Of a stretch of 64,000 nucleotides of DNA, positions 9,578-20,885 are shown piece after piece. The position numbers and the translations under genes were made by a program. The notes under the pieces were generated by a model. The model did not search any database. It saw nothing but the letters and a program-made list of their open reading frames with translations, and was not told where the DNA came from. The DNA is from Calditrichia bacterium. Lineage in GTDB: Bacteria > Calditrichota > Calditrichia > JAJRVZ01. Position 1 is the first letter of the stretch. Every line of letters starts with the position of its first letter. The stretch spans positions 32,001 through 96,000 of the forward strand of contig CAWCNS010000007.1 in the NCBI GenBank assembly GCA_963796965.1, read 5' to 3'.

Positions 9578-11963
9578 TCATGAATCAATATTCTGAACGA
9601 GCTTTTTAAACATTAACCCATAGAACATTTCTAGATAACGCCTGGTTTCGTCTCTTTCGAGGTTGGTGACATATTTCCAAAAGCCATAAATTCGGGAGAG
9701 GGTCATTAAGCGCGAAGCATATAATTTCCAGGTATATTTTTCTTGTACCCGTTTTATACCGCCTTTAGATATTTCTTCCCAGTAATTTGGGTTTTCTTTA
9801 CATTTTAAGAAAAAATTAGTTATGGTTTTTGAAGCTTCTTCTCCATGATCAGGATCGATATGAAAACCGGAGGTACCGTGATTAATAATCTCCAGCGGGC
9901 CACCATTTTGAGTCGCAAAAGTGGGAAGTCCGGATACCATCGCTTCAATAACCGTTAAACCAAAAGCTTCAAAAAGTGCAGGCTGAACAAAAATACCTTT
10001 TTTATCAGCTGATATAGCGGTATAATTCGCCATTAAAATTTTTATAAGATTGTTTTTCAACCCAGCGAACTTTACCCTCAAGATTATACTCCCTGATCAA
10101 TTTGTAGACTTGTTTAATTTGCAGGACTTCTTCTTCGTCCTTTGAGAGGGATTCATCAATAAAACCGGCAACTAAAAACAGATTTGCCAATTCTTGTAAT
10201 TGCTCATTTTGGCCGTACCATTGGACAAGACCACTAATATTTTTCACATGATCGAGACGAGACATGGCAAAAATAATCGGTTTTTCCTTATCTTCATATA
10301 TTCCGGTTGCATAAGACAAGCCATCTTTATAAATCAAAGTTTCAATATCGGGATGAAGATCTTTGAGCCGTCGGTCCTCCTCATAATATGGAAAATATAC
10401 CTCTGCATCCGCACCGGGAGAGACAATATTAAATTTTGGATCAAAAACATTAACACCGTTAACCACTCTGTAGAGTTCTGGCATTGTAAATGCAGAATAG
10501 CTTTCATACTGTCCTATCACTTCATTATTTCCGGCTATTTCCTGATAGGTACTCGTGATTATAAAATCTGCTGTATTCATAGCAATCAGATCCGCTGTAA
10601 ATTGAGTCGGAAAATGATATTGCTCCTCATATTCTTTCCATTTAAGTGCTGAGTAAACATATTTAGTTTTCTCGAGTGCATGTGCGATATTACACTGGGT
10701 TACTCCCATTCGTTGTGACAATAATGAGGCAACCAGGTTACCATCAGAATAGTTACCTATAATTAAATCAGGACGACCTTGTAATTCAGTTAAGATTTCA
10801 CGTTCAGCATCTATTGTGAATTGTTCCAGATAAGGCCAGATTTTAAATCGTGAAATCCATTGAGGAACGATATCACCATTCTTATTACGAAATGGAATGC
10901 GCATTATTTTCGCATTTTTTGTTCCGATTATTTCCTCAACCGGAATATTACAGGTCGTATCGCCAGCCTCCGGAATTAATCTGGTGACGACAATAATTTC
11001 TGGTTCAATATCCAAGCCCAGATGATAAAAACGTTCCTGCATTTCCTGTTCAAGCGCACGAACCTGATCCAGTATATATACAATTTGCCCACCGGTATCC
11101 GGTAAGCCTAATACATTGGATTGACCAAAATAACCGTGGGGTGAAAGAATGATCACATTGAAAATGATCGGGAGATCACCGAGAAATTTCAACAGATCTT
11201 CAGAGGAAGGCGCTTCAAGAATGTCTGAAAGTTGATATAAGCGATCAAGCATGATTTTGACAGTCCGACCCCAACCGGGTTCAAATCCCAGCTCCTGTAA
11301 ATCTGCACTAATCTCAGAAGTTTCATTCGTGCTGTCCTGCTTTTCCAGCAATTTTTGTGCTTGCCGGAGACTTTTTCGCAGTGTATTCACATCCGTAATC
11401 ATTGCATTGAGCATCAATTGTTGCCCTTTATATTGATGCATGTGCAGAAAATCAAACAAGCGCTGATCACCAGTATCCATCTTGGAAAATAAGTGATTGG
11501 AGAGATAGCGATTTAAAAATTCCACACCTCTGCCAATAGATTTGGTCTCTTTCATTCGGGGAAAACCACGATTAAATGGGGTTAAATCAATCTCTAGCGT
11601 CCAGGGATCGGGATCACGATGACTATTGGCCAATCGTTCTTCAAACTGAAGATATTCCGAAACGGACACCTCACTTAAAGAAACTTCATCTAGATGAAAT
11701 TTATAATATTTAGTATGTGCAATTCCATCTCTTACTGAAAAATATACCCAGGGAGATTCAAAGGCTGCTACCTGAGTGTTAAAAACAAATTTTTCGATAG
11801 TTGTGTCTTTGAGCGCTTTGCCTGATTCCGTATTTACAAATTGCATATATTCATACCAGATATCAGAGTGCAACATTAGAGTTTTATTTAGCTTTACAAA
11901 ATGTCTGAACAGGGAAAATATTAAAGCGCGATTATTGCCAATAAATTCATTCATTGTCTTCAT
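9578..11963 (-). CDS. sus: Sucrose synthase (GT4), single-base frameshift near 10011
   Basis: [85 protein letters not shown] joins ORFs 10005..11981 and 9578..10081. Confidence 0.95.
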
Positions 11964-14127
11964 CAAAATCAACCTCATCATTAATATTAATATCTCCTAA
12001 GAACTGATAATGCTCGATTCCTTCGGTAATACCATTTGCATATGAATTTTTAGCAAAATATATCCGGGGTTTATCCCGTAATTTTGCCAGCTCTTTGCTG
12101 TAATTTCCTACAACGACGCCTAATACATCTCCACTTAGCATTTCTTCATCATTCCCTGAATCGCCGGCAACCAAAACAAGTTCCGAAGGTAAACCCCATT
12201 TAATGGCCAGATAGCGAACCGCTAATCCTTTTGAGGCACGGATTGGTAAAATATCTAAATACTTATTGTGTGAATGAATAACTTTAACCCTGATATTTTT
12301 ATTTCTTAAATGTCTTACAATCTGACGTTTTGTATGTGGTTTATTCCCAACCAGATTATAACTGATTTTATATAGTCTTTGTTCGCTTTTCTCCTGAAGT
12401 ACAAGCCCATCTAACTCCGAAAGAGCCTTCATTGCCCGCTCAGGCTCCCAAAAGTAATTAAGATGATGCTTCCAGGTACGGTCTTCTATAAAGGCATCAC
12501 CATAGTTAATTTCACTGCCGACGGATGTGATGAATATATCCGGCATCGGTACTTTTGATTTTTTTAAAATTGCGACAGCACTATCCAACCTCCGACCCGT
12601 CGCGATTCCAAATCCTACATTTTCATGAGATTTTTTTAAAATGTTTATGAATGATCTTAATCCCGGCGCATCTCCGATGAGGGTATTATCGATATCGCTG
12701 ATAATCAATCTGTCCACCATTGGCAGGCGGTTTCTGGTTTTTATAAGTAAATTTCTTTTATAATATTTTTTTTCGGTTTCTTTTTTAAGGGTCGCCAAAT
12801 ATTTTCTTACATGGCTATGCCATGAATAGAATTTTCGTACATTACGGGTGCCGTTTTTTGAATAGCTTGCCCAAATTGATTTATCTTTTATAATATTTTC
12901 GATAAGTTTTCCCATTTTTTTGGAATCCAGAGGATCGACCAGTCTACCATTCTGACAACTGCCAATAATATCTACTGGCCCGCCATCAGCTGTCGCAATA
13001 AGTGGCAAGCCACTCGCCGATGCCTCTAAAAGGGTCAAGCCAAACGGTTCTGTTAAAGCAGGATTTACAAAAACACCTTTTGTCTTGGCAGCAATTCTAT
13101 AAAGTTCAGGGACATCGTCAGCCAGATGTTTCTTAGGATATGCACACTTACCATAAAGATTATATTTATCAACTAACATTAAGATATTTGATAAAACACG
13201 ACGTGCACCAGCGGGCATTTGCTGAATATCATCACGGTTACCTGCAACGATGACTAAATTCGTGTTTTGTCTCAGATACGTGTTCTCACCATATGTACGG
13301 ATAAGTGTCTCGATGTTTTTTCTTTCATCCGCGCGGGACATGGCAAATATAATTGGCTTTCGTGGATTTTTTAAGAACCGGTTAATCTCTTTGATAATTG
13401 GAGCCCGTGATGAACTTCGTTTCGGTGGAAAAAATACATCCATGTCAATACCGGGTGGTATCACAAGCATGCGTTTCGGATCATAATGATCGTAGATCTG
13501 GTACTGCTCATTGATTTCCTGATTGGTACTGGCAATTACCCTGATGGCAGTATCAAGCGCAAATTCTTCAGCTTCAATTCGCCGGGTTATATTATATCGC
13601 TTTTCAATGTCTGATTTCTTCATGCCATTTTCCAAGAGACGTTTTCGTTTTACGCGACCGAGTGAATGTCCTGTGAAGACAAACGGGACACCTAGTAAAC
13701 GTGAAATTTGAGCACCAACGTAGCCGGCATCCGCATAATGTCCATGGATAATATCGGGTATTCTACCTCTGTTACGAATATGTTGTACGGCCTGATCAGA
13801 AAAGCTATCTAGGTATGGCCATAGAACTTCCTTTCTCAAATAGCGTTTGGGTCCACAAGGGATACGAATAATCGAGGTGATTTTATTTAACTGCTCCTCT
13901 TTCTCACCATAAATTGAATCTACTTTTGGATCAATGATCATCCGAGTCAGTAAATCCACCTGGCCGATACGTGGATCCGAGGACAATTTTTTTATAAACT
14001 CAAGGACGTATTTTACCTGGCCACCTGTGTCCGCATCTCTGCCTAACTCCAGGTTGTCGCCACGAATTAAACCATGGATACTTAAAACTAATATATATAA
14101 TCCATCCGGATTGTATTTTATTGACAT
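11947..14127 (-). CDS. sps: Sucrose-phosphate synthase with C-terminal HAD (SPP-like) domain
   Basis: [56 protein letters not shown] motifs DIDNT, ATGR, GDSGND. Confidence 0.95.
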   Translation of the reverse strand: MSIKYNPDGLYILVLSIHGLIRGDNLELGRDADTGGQVKYVLEFIKKLSSDPRIGQVDLLTRMIIDPKVDSIYGEKEEQLNKITSIIRIPCGPKRYLRKEVLWPYLDSFSDQAVQHIRNRGRIPDIIHGHYADAGYVGAQISRLLGVPFVFTGHSLGRVKRKRLLENGMKKSDIEKRYNITRRIEAEEFALDTAIRVIASTNQEINEQYQIYDHYDPKRMLVIPPGIDMDVFFPPKRSSSRAPIIKEINRFLKNPRKPIIFAMSRADERKNIETLIRTYGENTYLRQNTNLVIVAGNRDDIQQMPAGARRVLSNILMLVDKYNLYGKCAYPKKHLADDVPELYRIAAKTKGVFVNPALTEPFGLTLLEASASGLPLIATADGGPVDIIGSCQNGRLVDPLDSKKMGKLIENIIKDKSIWASYSKNGTRNVRKFYSWHSHVRKYLATLKKETEKKYYKRNLLIKTRNRLPMVDRLIISDIDNTLIGDAPGLRSFINILKKSHENVGFGIATGRRLDSAVAILKKSKVPMPDIFITSVGSEINYGDAFIEDRTWKHHLNYFWEPERAMKALSELDGLVLQEKSEQRLYKISYNLVGNKPHTKRQIVRHLRNKNIRVKVIHSHNKYLDILPIRASKGLAVRYLAIKWGLPSELVLVAGDSGNDEEMLSGDVLGVVVGNYSKELAKLRDKPRIYFAKNSYANGITEGIEHYQFLGDININDEVDFDEDNE

Positions 14128-14156
14128 TTTTTCTTTCTTACCTTAAAAGTTTTTTA

Positions 14157-14203
14157 AATTTTAAATTCTAAATTCTAAATTCTAAATTATAAAATCAAAT
14201 TTT
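14157..14203. repeat. 7-nt tandem repeat (AAATTCT)n
   Basis: aaattttaaattctaaattctaaattctaaattataaaatc. Confidence 0.8.
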
Positions 14204-16073
14204 ATAAATCTTTCTTCTTGCCAAACTCCGGATCAATATAAATAAACTTTATAATCAGGAATGAGGGGATTGTTGCAATCATCACCCAGATAAAGAAATT
14301 TTGGTAACCAATTAGCTCCTGAATATAACCGCTGATCATTCCCGGAATCATCATCCCCAATGCCATAAATCCTGTCGTAATTGCAAAATGGGCTGTTTTA
14401 TGCTCTCCGTCTGAAACATAGATCATGTAGAGCATATAGGCCGTAAAGCCAAAACCATATCCAAATTGTTCAATGGCTACACAAATATTGATGATCACAA
14501 AACTATCCGGAACTGCATAGGATAAATAGACATAAACAATATCGGGTAGATTGATGGCAATTACCATGGGCCATATCCAGAATCTAAGACCGTGCTTTGC
14601 CGCTAAAAAACCACCTAATAATCCACCGATCGTAAGAGCCAAAATTCCAATAGTGCCGTAAACCAGACCAACCTCACCGGTTGTGAGGGCCAGACCACCT
14701 GCCTCCTGAGAATCAAGTAGAAAGGGAGAGGCTAATTTTATGATTTGAGATTCTGCTAGTCTGAATAGCAAAAGAAATCCTAATACTGAGAGGATCCGCT
14801 CTTTTTTAAAGAAAAGGATAAAGGTGTCAATAAATTCCCTTAAGGGATTCTTTGATTTATCTGATAATGCCGGCTGATCTGTTGTCGGGTAGGGCAAGAT
14901 GAATTTATGATAGATAAAGAATAATACGAATAAAACCGCGAGGGCAAAAAAAGTAATAGACCATGCCAGGGAAATATTCCCGGCCTGACCTGAAAAACTT
15001 GCCTCCGTAACACCCTTGAGTTTTGGATCTAGTTCGATAAGGGCCAGGGCTGGTTTGTTCCAGTTGTTTTGGTCAAATAAAAGCCTCGTACCAGCAGCAG
15101 GATCTCTACTTAGCGATATACTCTTATCGCCCATGCTTCGGCCAAAGTTAAGAATAATTTGTTCGTTATCATCCGGTTTTTGGGAGAGTTGGAAATAGAG
15201 TAAACCGGCGTTTCCAGCCAAATTTTTACTTTCAACTACTTTTTGCTCTCCAAAGGTCTCGCGAATATATTTTTCAAATTTATTCACGATCTCACGGGTC
15301 CACCAGGAATCCTCTTTCAATTTTTGCTGTTCTGATTTTGTTTGGATCTCCGCCTGGACATGTCCATTATCCCTATTCCAATCTTTGACAAACTGCAATA
15401 GAGAATCTTTTGTGGATCTGGCAATTGGTATAGTTGATAACTGAAGTGCTCCAGGATAGGTAATGATTTTTAACGTATTTTCATTAAAATCAATCTGCAA
15501 AGAATCAGGGTGGAGCCACTGGGCGGTCTCTTTATGATTATTTGTTTGCACAACAATGTCGCCCGATTCTAATCCGCTGCTGCTTTCAATAAATCCGGCC
15601 AGGATAACCAATAAGCCCTGTCCGGTAATCATGGCAAAACGGTAAAAAGTGCTGCGCACACCCACAAACCAAGCCTGGTCGTACTGAGATAATCCAAGCA
15701 TATAAAAGCCATCAGCAGCAATATCATGGGTGGCTGAGCTGAAGGCGAGAAGCCAGAAAAAGAGCAGGGTATAGCGAAAAAAATCCGGTACGGGGATAGT
15801 CAAGGCGACGCCTCCCAACCCAGCACCGATAAAGAGTTGCATGGTGATTATCCAGAACCGTTTTGTGCGGAACATGTCAACAACCGGGCTCCAAAAGGGT
15901 TTAATTACCCATGGTAAGTAGAGCCAACTGGTATACAGTGCAATATCAGTATTGGATATTCCCATCCGTTTGTACATGATTACTGAAACGGTCATTACAA
16001 CGATATAAGGGATTCCTTCAGCATAATAAAGACTTGGTATCCACCACCAGCCGTTACGCTTTTCCTTTGACAT
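14202..16073 (-). CDS. ampG: AmpG-family muropeptide MFS transporter with ~200-aa soluble insertion
   Basis: WIPSLYYAEGIPY, LPWVIKPFWSP, SATHDIAADGFY, EQFGYGFGFTAY, KTAHFAITTG. Confidence 0.88.
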   Translation of the reverse strand: MSKEKRNGWWWIPSLYYAEGIPYIVVMTVSVIMYKRMGISNTDIALYTSWLYLPWVIKPFWSPVVDMFRTKRFWIITMQLFIGAGLGGVALTIPVPDFFRYTLLFFWLLAFSSATHDIAADGFYMLGLSQYDQAWFVGVRSTFYRFAMITGQGLLVILAGFIESSSGLESGDIVVQTNNHKETAQWLHPDSLQIDFNENTLKIITYPGALQLSTIPIARSTKDSLLQFVKDWNRDNGHVQAEIQTKSEQQKLKEDSWWTREIVNKFEKYIRETFGEQKVVESKNLAGNAGLLYFQLSQKPDDNEQIILNFGRSMGDKSISLSRDPAAGTRLLFDQNNWNKPALALIELDPKLKGVTEASFSGQAGNISLAWSITFFALAVLFVLFFIYHKFILPYPTTDQPALSDKSKNPLREFIDTFILFFKKERILSVLGFLLLFRLAESQIIKLASPFLLDSQEAGGLALTTGEVGLVYGTIGILALTIGGLLGGFLAAKHGLRFWIWPMVIAINLPDIVYVYLSYAVPDSFVIINICVAIEQFGYGFGFTAYMLYMIYVSDGEHKTAHFAITTGFMALGMMIPGMISGYIQELIGYQNFFIWVMIATIPSFLIIKFIYIDPEFGKKKDL

Positions 16074-16114
16074 GGATTCTCCGGATTGAATGTTCTATGA
16101 AATAACAGATTTTA

Positions 16115-16220
16115 TTTCACGCAGCGACGCAGAGCCGCAGCGGGTATAAAAATTAAGACAAAAAACAAAAGAAAAAATATCATCCACGAATTCTACTAAT
16201 TTATACGAATTTCTCGAATT
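16115..16220. repeat. Left arms of families A and B
   Basis: cacgcagcgacgcagagccgcagcg; ccacgaattctactaatttatacgaatttctcgaatt. Confidence 0.75.
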
Positions 16221-16239
16221 ATTGCATTTTAATTGTGTT

Positions 16240-16336
16240 TGTCATTCTGGAAGAATCTTCCTTCGTGTAGAGTCATATTCATCAAGAAGGAAGATCCCTC
16301 TCCCAAGACGCAATCCCGTTCCGGGACGGGATGACA
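16240..16336. repeat. TGTCAT...ATGACA hairpin element (family C)
   Basis: tgtcattctggaagaatcttccttc ... gaaggaagatccctctcccaagacgcaatcccgttccgggacgggatgaca; right half is the near reverse complement of 35878-35931. Confidence 0.85.
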
Positions 16337-16444
16337 TACAGTTGAAATATATTTATACCTTTTACCTTTTTCCTTTTGCCTTATTCCCCGAATCCCCAAT
16401 TCCAAATTACTAATTACCAGTTACAAATTACCAACCCCCAACCC

Positions 16445-17776
16445 CTAATAAATCTTTCTCAACTCACTTCCTGGATAATAATGGACCAATATCTCTTCCG
16501 TGCTATAACCGGCCAGAGACATCCCAAGAGCACCAATCTGACAATAGCCGGCACCATGCCCCCAGCCAGCGCCCTTAATAGTAAATCTTTTGGGGAGAAA
16601 ATTGTCATCCCCTGAAAATGCGTCAACATAGAAACAGGAACTATATAAAAAGCCCTTGTGCATGGCTGCGCGTATCGTATATTCTCCCTTAATCAAATAA
16701 TGCACTTCGCTGCCATTGTCAGTGAGATATATGATATTCAGTTCTGTTAAACGCCCAGATCCGCCTCGTTTAAGCGGGATAAATCTCAGAATACCAGTTG
16801 TATTAAGATCCAGTTTTGAATTTAAAAGTGCTGTTATCTCATTCTGGGTATAAGAAACTTGCCAGCGAAAATAGGTGCCTTCCTCATCGACACTCCCCAA
16901 ATACATTTTTAAGGATGATTCTGGTACATAGGCCGGGCTGCAGAAAGTTTTTGGTACTGAATCTATCCAATTTATTACCTCGTTTTCATCTTCAAGTGCC
17001 AAAGCAGGGTGGTCGAATCCTGTCTCCGCATCCGGTATAGATCTAAGATAGGGCAGGTCGGGACCTGACCAGATATTCGTAAATGATTCCATCTTTCCAC
17101 CACAACTTTTTGAATAACGGGCATCACAGATCTTACCCTCGTAGAGTAAGACCTTCCCATTTGTATTAATGGCTCCCTCGATGGATTGATGGGTGAGATT
17201 TGCATTACCCTGGTATCGCTGACAGCAATCATCATTACATACGTCCATTCCCAATAAAATATGCTTCTGTTCTATATTAGCCAGCATCCAGGATCTTGCT
17301 GCTATTGTCTGAGACTCGATAAGGGCTGGTGGGCAGGCAGCACCCATCTCTGAGGTGGCTACACACATCAGGTATTCTTCTAACGGGAGTTCGTTAATAA
17401 GAATCAGATGATTTTCGTATGCTTTAATCTCTATTGAACCGGAGACAATAATGTCAATTGGTTTTTGCCAGTGAAAACCCCTTCCGGCCGTAATATCCTT
17501 GATTTTTAAACCGGAATGGGGTTGAATAGGGAGATTCTGAACAGGCCGGATTGTCCAGGTAGGTGCATGATATTCCTTGTATTTTATGCTCTCGCCGGTA
17601 AGCATAAAATCCAGGGTCATTTCCTGCTCTGAAAATTCTGATATGGCATCGGAAGTAACCTCATAAGATAAATCTGCCGGCATGATAATGGTTACGGATT
17701 TTTTTGAATCCTCCGGGAGAATAATCCCAACTCTTAGAAGCGGTTCTTTATCAGGGATCTTATTTGCTATTAGCAT
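16445..17776 (-). CDS. SpoIID/LytB domain protein (lytic transglycosylase-like)
   Basis: LPLEEYLMCVATSEM, AARSW, VCNDDCCQRYQG, YSKSCGG, GAGWGHGAGYCQIGA, HYYPG. Confidence 0.92.
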   Translation of the reverse strand: MLIANKIPDKEPLLRVGIILPEDSKKSVTIIMPADLSYEVTSDAISEFSEQEMTLDFMLTGESIKYKEYHAPTWTIRPVQNLPIQPHSGLKIKDITAGRGFHWQKPIDIIVSGSIEIKAYENHLILINELPLEEYLMCVATSEMGAACPPALIESQTIAARSWMLANIEQKHILLGMDVCNDDCCQRYQGNANLTHQSIEGAINTNGKVLLYEGKICDARYSKSCGGKMESFTNIWSGPDLPYLRSIPDAETGFDHPALALEDENEVINWIDSVPKTFCSPAYVPESSLKMYLGSVDEEGTYFRWQVSYTQNEITALLNSKLDLNTTGILRFIPLKRGGSGRLTELNIIYLTDNGSEVHYLIKGEYTIRAAMHKGFLYSSCFYVDAFSGDDNFLPKRFTIKGAGWGHGAGYCQIGALGMSLAGYSTEEILVHYYPGSELRKIY

Positions 17777-17816
17777 TTTAACATTCTATATAATAATAAC
17801 ATCGTTTTAAAAGAAT

Positions 17817-18046
17817 AAACCGCAAAGACGCTACGAATCACAAGGAACGCAAAGAATAAATTCATCAGGAAATTTGAGTAATTATAGTCCCTTTATTTCT
17901 AATATTGAACTGGTATTATATAAAAATCTTCAAAAATTTTGGCATAAAATAATTACTTCGTCATTACGAACTTGTTTCGGAATCTCGTTCAAAAGAATAA
18001 TATTCTTCCTGGCGTACTTTGCGTCTTCCTTGCATCTCTGCGGTAA
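17817..18046. repeat. Inverted-repeat element, family A (CGCAAAG/CTTTGCG), enclosing a family-C half
   Basis: aaccgcaaagacgc...cgcaaag at 17817-17855; ctttgcgtc...ctctgcggt ending at 18046; gtcattacgaacttgtttcggaatct inside. Confidence 0.75.
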
Positions 18047-18052
18047 GATCTT

Positions 18053-19262
18053 TTAATTAAGTCTGCAATAGGTCAGATGGGCATCAATCCCGGCACCCAA
18101 GGCAGGTGCTTCAAGTAATTTAGAAAATTTGAGTTTTCCGGTTCTAAATGTTTGTCCATCGCAGTACTGGGTTTTTACATTCTCTGTCAGGCAATCGGAA
18201 TTAATGATTAGTGAAGAGAGCTGGCTAAGAAAAGGTAGAGTTAATACCTTGTGGCCCTCATTGCTGTTCATTAATTCTCCCAAACGTTGTCCAATCACGA
18301 TGTGATCAAAATATTTATTCTTATAGGGGTGATCGGGAATAAGATTGTCTCTGTTGGGATTCACAAAACCAAAGTGATTTCTGGATCCACAGAACAAGGT
18401 TGTGATGCGTTCATAAATCAACAGGGCTAGATATTTTGCTATGTCTTTATAGGTTGAAACAGACTGCTTTATTGCCCTGTACAGCCAGGGATGCAATTTC
18501 AGCCGGAAATATTTTTTTCGCATTTAATTGTTCTGTTGATATCTTGCTATGAAGTGAGTAGAGATATTGTAATCCGGAAGCAGAAGCGTATCGTTCAAGG
18601 GATAAATCCTGATCATTTTTCATCTCCCAGGTTTTGGCCATCCAGGATTTTATATGGTCAAAAGGTACTAACTGACCATCAAGAACTAAGGCATCAGCCG
18701 CGCCCGTGCCACCACCAAGATAATAGGCATTATCAACATCTTTAAATGTACCATCCTTAGCATATAATTCACCAATCCCGCAATAATCCGCATCACTTCC
18801 AAGCCTTGCTATTGGCGCAGCCAATTGAATATTCATCTTCGCCAGCTCAGATTCTATCACATCACAATAGGATAACATGCGGGGGCCATTTGCAATGACA
18901 TTGATCCCTCTCATGTCATCGGTTTTTAATCCGGGCATTCCGATGCCAATAACCAGAGGCACATTACCTACTGCTGATGCCAGAGATGCAATAGTGTCTA
19001 TGGTGGATTTGATATAAGTGATACCTTGTGATTCTTCCTTTTCGGTGATACGGATTTGATTACTGTCCCGCTCCGCTATTTGTTCTGGAACAGGCACAGG
19101 CGTAAAGTTGGGAAGGTATCCATCCTGTGAAGAATAATGTACCGTAGATTGAAAAGAAGATTGTGAATAACTTTTATTGTCATCAGAGACCTCAATAATC
19201 CCGCTGCTAACTTTTGTGGCCCCACCGTCGATTCCGATCAAAGCAAATTCTTTAGCGTTCAT
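18053..19262 (-). CDS. ROK-family sugar kinase-like protein, frameshift near 18462
   Basis: IGIDGGATKV, IGIGMPG, LGSDADYCGIGE, YLGGGTG; C-terminal APALGA in ORF 18053..18523. Confidence 0.8.
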
Positions 19263-19282
19263 AGTAACCCGTATTTAGAGGT

Positions 19283-20872
19283 TTATTTTACAGCACTTAA
19301 TTTTCGTCTTCTTTCTAAGGCTTGCAGCCGCATATAGTCCTTGGCCTCATCATTCCGATCGATGGTTGCATTATCAATACTGTGATCGGTTCCGCCTTTA
19401 TGTCTGACCACTTCATAGATGGGGTCCCAGATGCGACCAACTTTATATCTTTCACTAATCTTGAGTACCATTTCATAATCTTCACCATAATTTCTGGCAA
19501 ATGGCTCATCATTTATACCAAAATATCCCATTTGTTTTATCATATTTATAGGTATCGACCGCGGTGCCCCGGCCCCATTTATTCGCAGAAGATTGTTACG
19601 TCCATTCTCTTCGGTCCATTCATCGTGGGTAACAACCGGAATGCTGTCAACGCGTGATAAATCACCTGTTTTATTATCTTTCTCCCATACTTCATATGAA
19701 CCGATGACAATACCGATCCGGGCATCTGATTCGAATAGATTGAGGATTTTTTCAACGGCATCCTTTTTAAGTCGATCATCAGAATCCAATTGGATATAAT
19801 ATTTACCACGGGCATTCCTGGCGCCAAGGTTGAGACAAAATCCAATATTATTAATATCCACGGTAATTAATCTGACATCGGGATTGCCAGGGATATGATT
19901 TTTTCCGCCAGGCATATACGTCTTTACGGCATCATTGGTTGGATCATCATCTCCCCCGTTTACAACAACAATTATTTCTATCTCTTGTACAGATTGCCTC
20001 AGGACACTTTCTATCGCCGTTGTGATAAAATTGGGACGGTTGTTGACTGGAATTATTATAGTGGCTTTAAGTTTGGATTCGATGTCCTCCTCCAACCTGT
20101 CGGAATAATATCTTGATGGAGCAAGGTAGCAATTAATTTTTTTTAGATGGTTAGTAAGGACATCTTCAGCTTCCTTCTGGCTTTCTTTACTGGCTAATAA
20201 GTAGTCAAAGACATTATGTCCCTTATTCTGGGCGATCGTATGATAAAGTTCGCCTGCGTATCGGTTAGATATGTGAACTGGGCTACTCTCCTCCATAAGT
20301 TTTAAACGGATATCATAGAGTGTGTTAAATTCTAATGATTCATCAAATCCACCACATGTCACTAATGAACTCTGCCTGAAAAATAGCACCGCACCATAAT
20401 CCTGATTATCTCTTAAACGGCCATGGTGTGGTTTGAGGAGATGAATTTCGTTGGTTTTTCTACCTTTTTTTACAGCATAGTCAGAATAGATTAAACCTGC
20501 TTCAGGATTTCTTTCAGCTGACAGAAGGAAAAGTGAAGAGGCAGCGGAACGCAAATATACCTCTGCTGCGCGGTTATCTATATAGAGCAGAAAATCGCTG
20601 GTCGCTCGTGCTCTGGCAGCATTGAGCCAGGCGCCTAATGTAGAAAATTGCTCGTTTATAAATATTAAAGGATACCCATTTATATTCATAGAGGAGATTT
20701 CATTGGTAACATTTTCATTCAACTGTTGATCGAGGATGATCAGTTCCGGAATGATCTCCCTTTGTTGAAAAATGCCTGAGATGATATCATAAAAATTTTT
20801 AAGTGAATAAGGCAAATTATTTGGAAGGTGAACTATTATACTTAGAATAGGTTGAGATCGTTCATCAGGCAT
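19283..20872 (-). CDS. Glycosyltransferase family 2, tandem GT-A domains
   Basis: IIIPVNNR, GKYYIQLDSDD, NGRNNLLRINGAGAPR, YGEDY; degenerate N-terminal domain LIYSDY, LRDNQDYG. Confidence 0.88.
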   Translation of the reverse strand: MPDERSQPILSIIVHLPNNLPYSLKNFYDIISGIFQQREIIPELIILDQQLNENVTNEISSMNINGYPLIFINEQFSTLGAWLNAARARATSDFLLYIDNRAAEVYLRSAASSLFLLSAERNPEAGLIYSDYAVKKGRKTNEIHLLKPHHGRLRDNQDYGAVLFFRQSSLVTCGGFDESLEFNTLYDIRLKLMEESSPVHISNRYAGELYHTIAQNKGHNVFDYLLASKESQKEAEDVLTNHLKKINCYLAPSRYYSDRLEEDIESKLKATIIIPVNNRPNFITTAIESVLRQSVQEIEIIVVVNGGDDDPTNDAVKTYMPGGKNHIPGNPDVRLITVDINNIGFCLNLGARNARGKYYIQLDSDDRLKKDAVEKILNLFESDARIGIVIGSYEVWEKDNKTGDLSRVDSIPVVTHDEWTEENGRNNLLRINGAGAPRSIPINMIKQMGYFGINDEPFARNYGEDYEMVLKISERYKVGRIWDPIYEVVRHKGGTDHSIDNATIDRNDEAKDYMRLQALERRRKLSAVK

Positions 20873-20885
20873 GAATCACTCCTTA

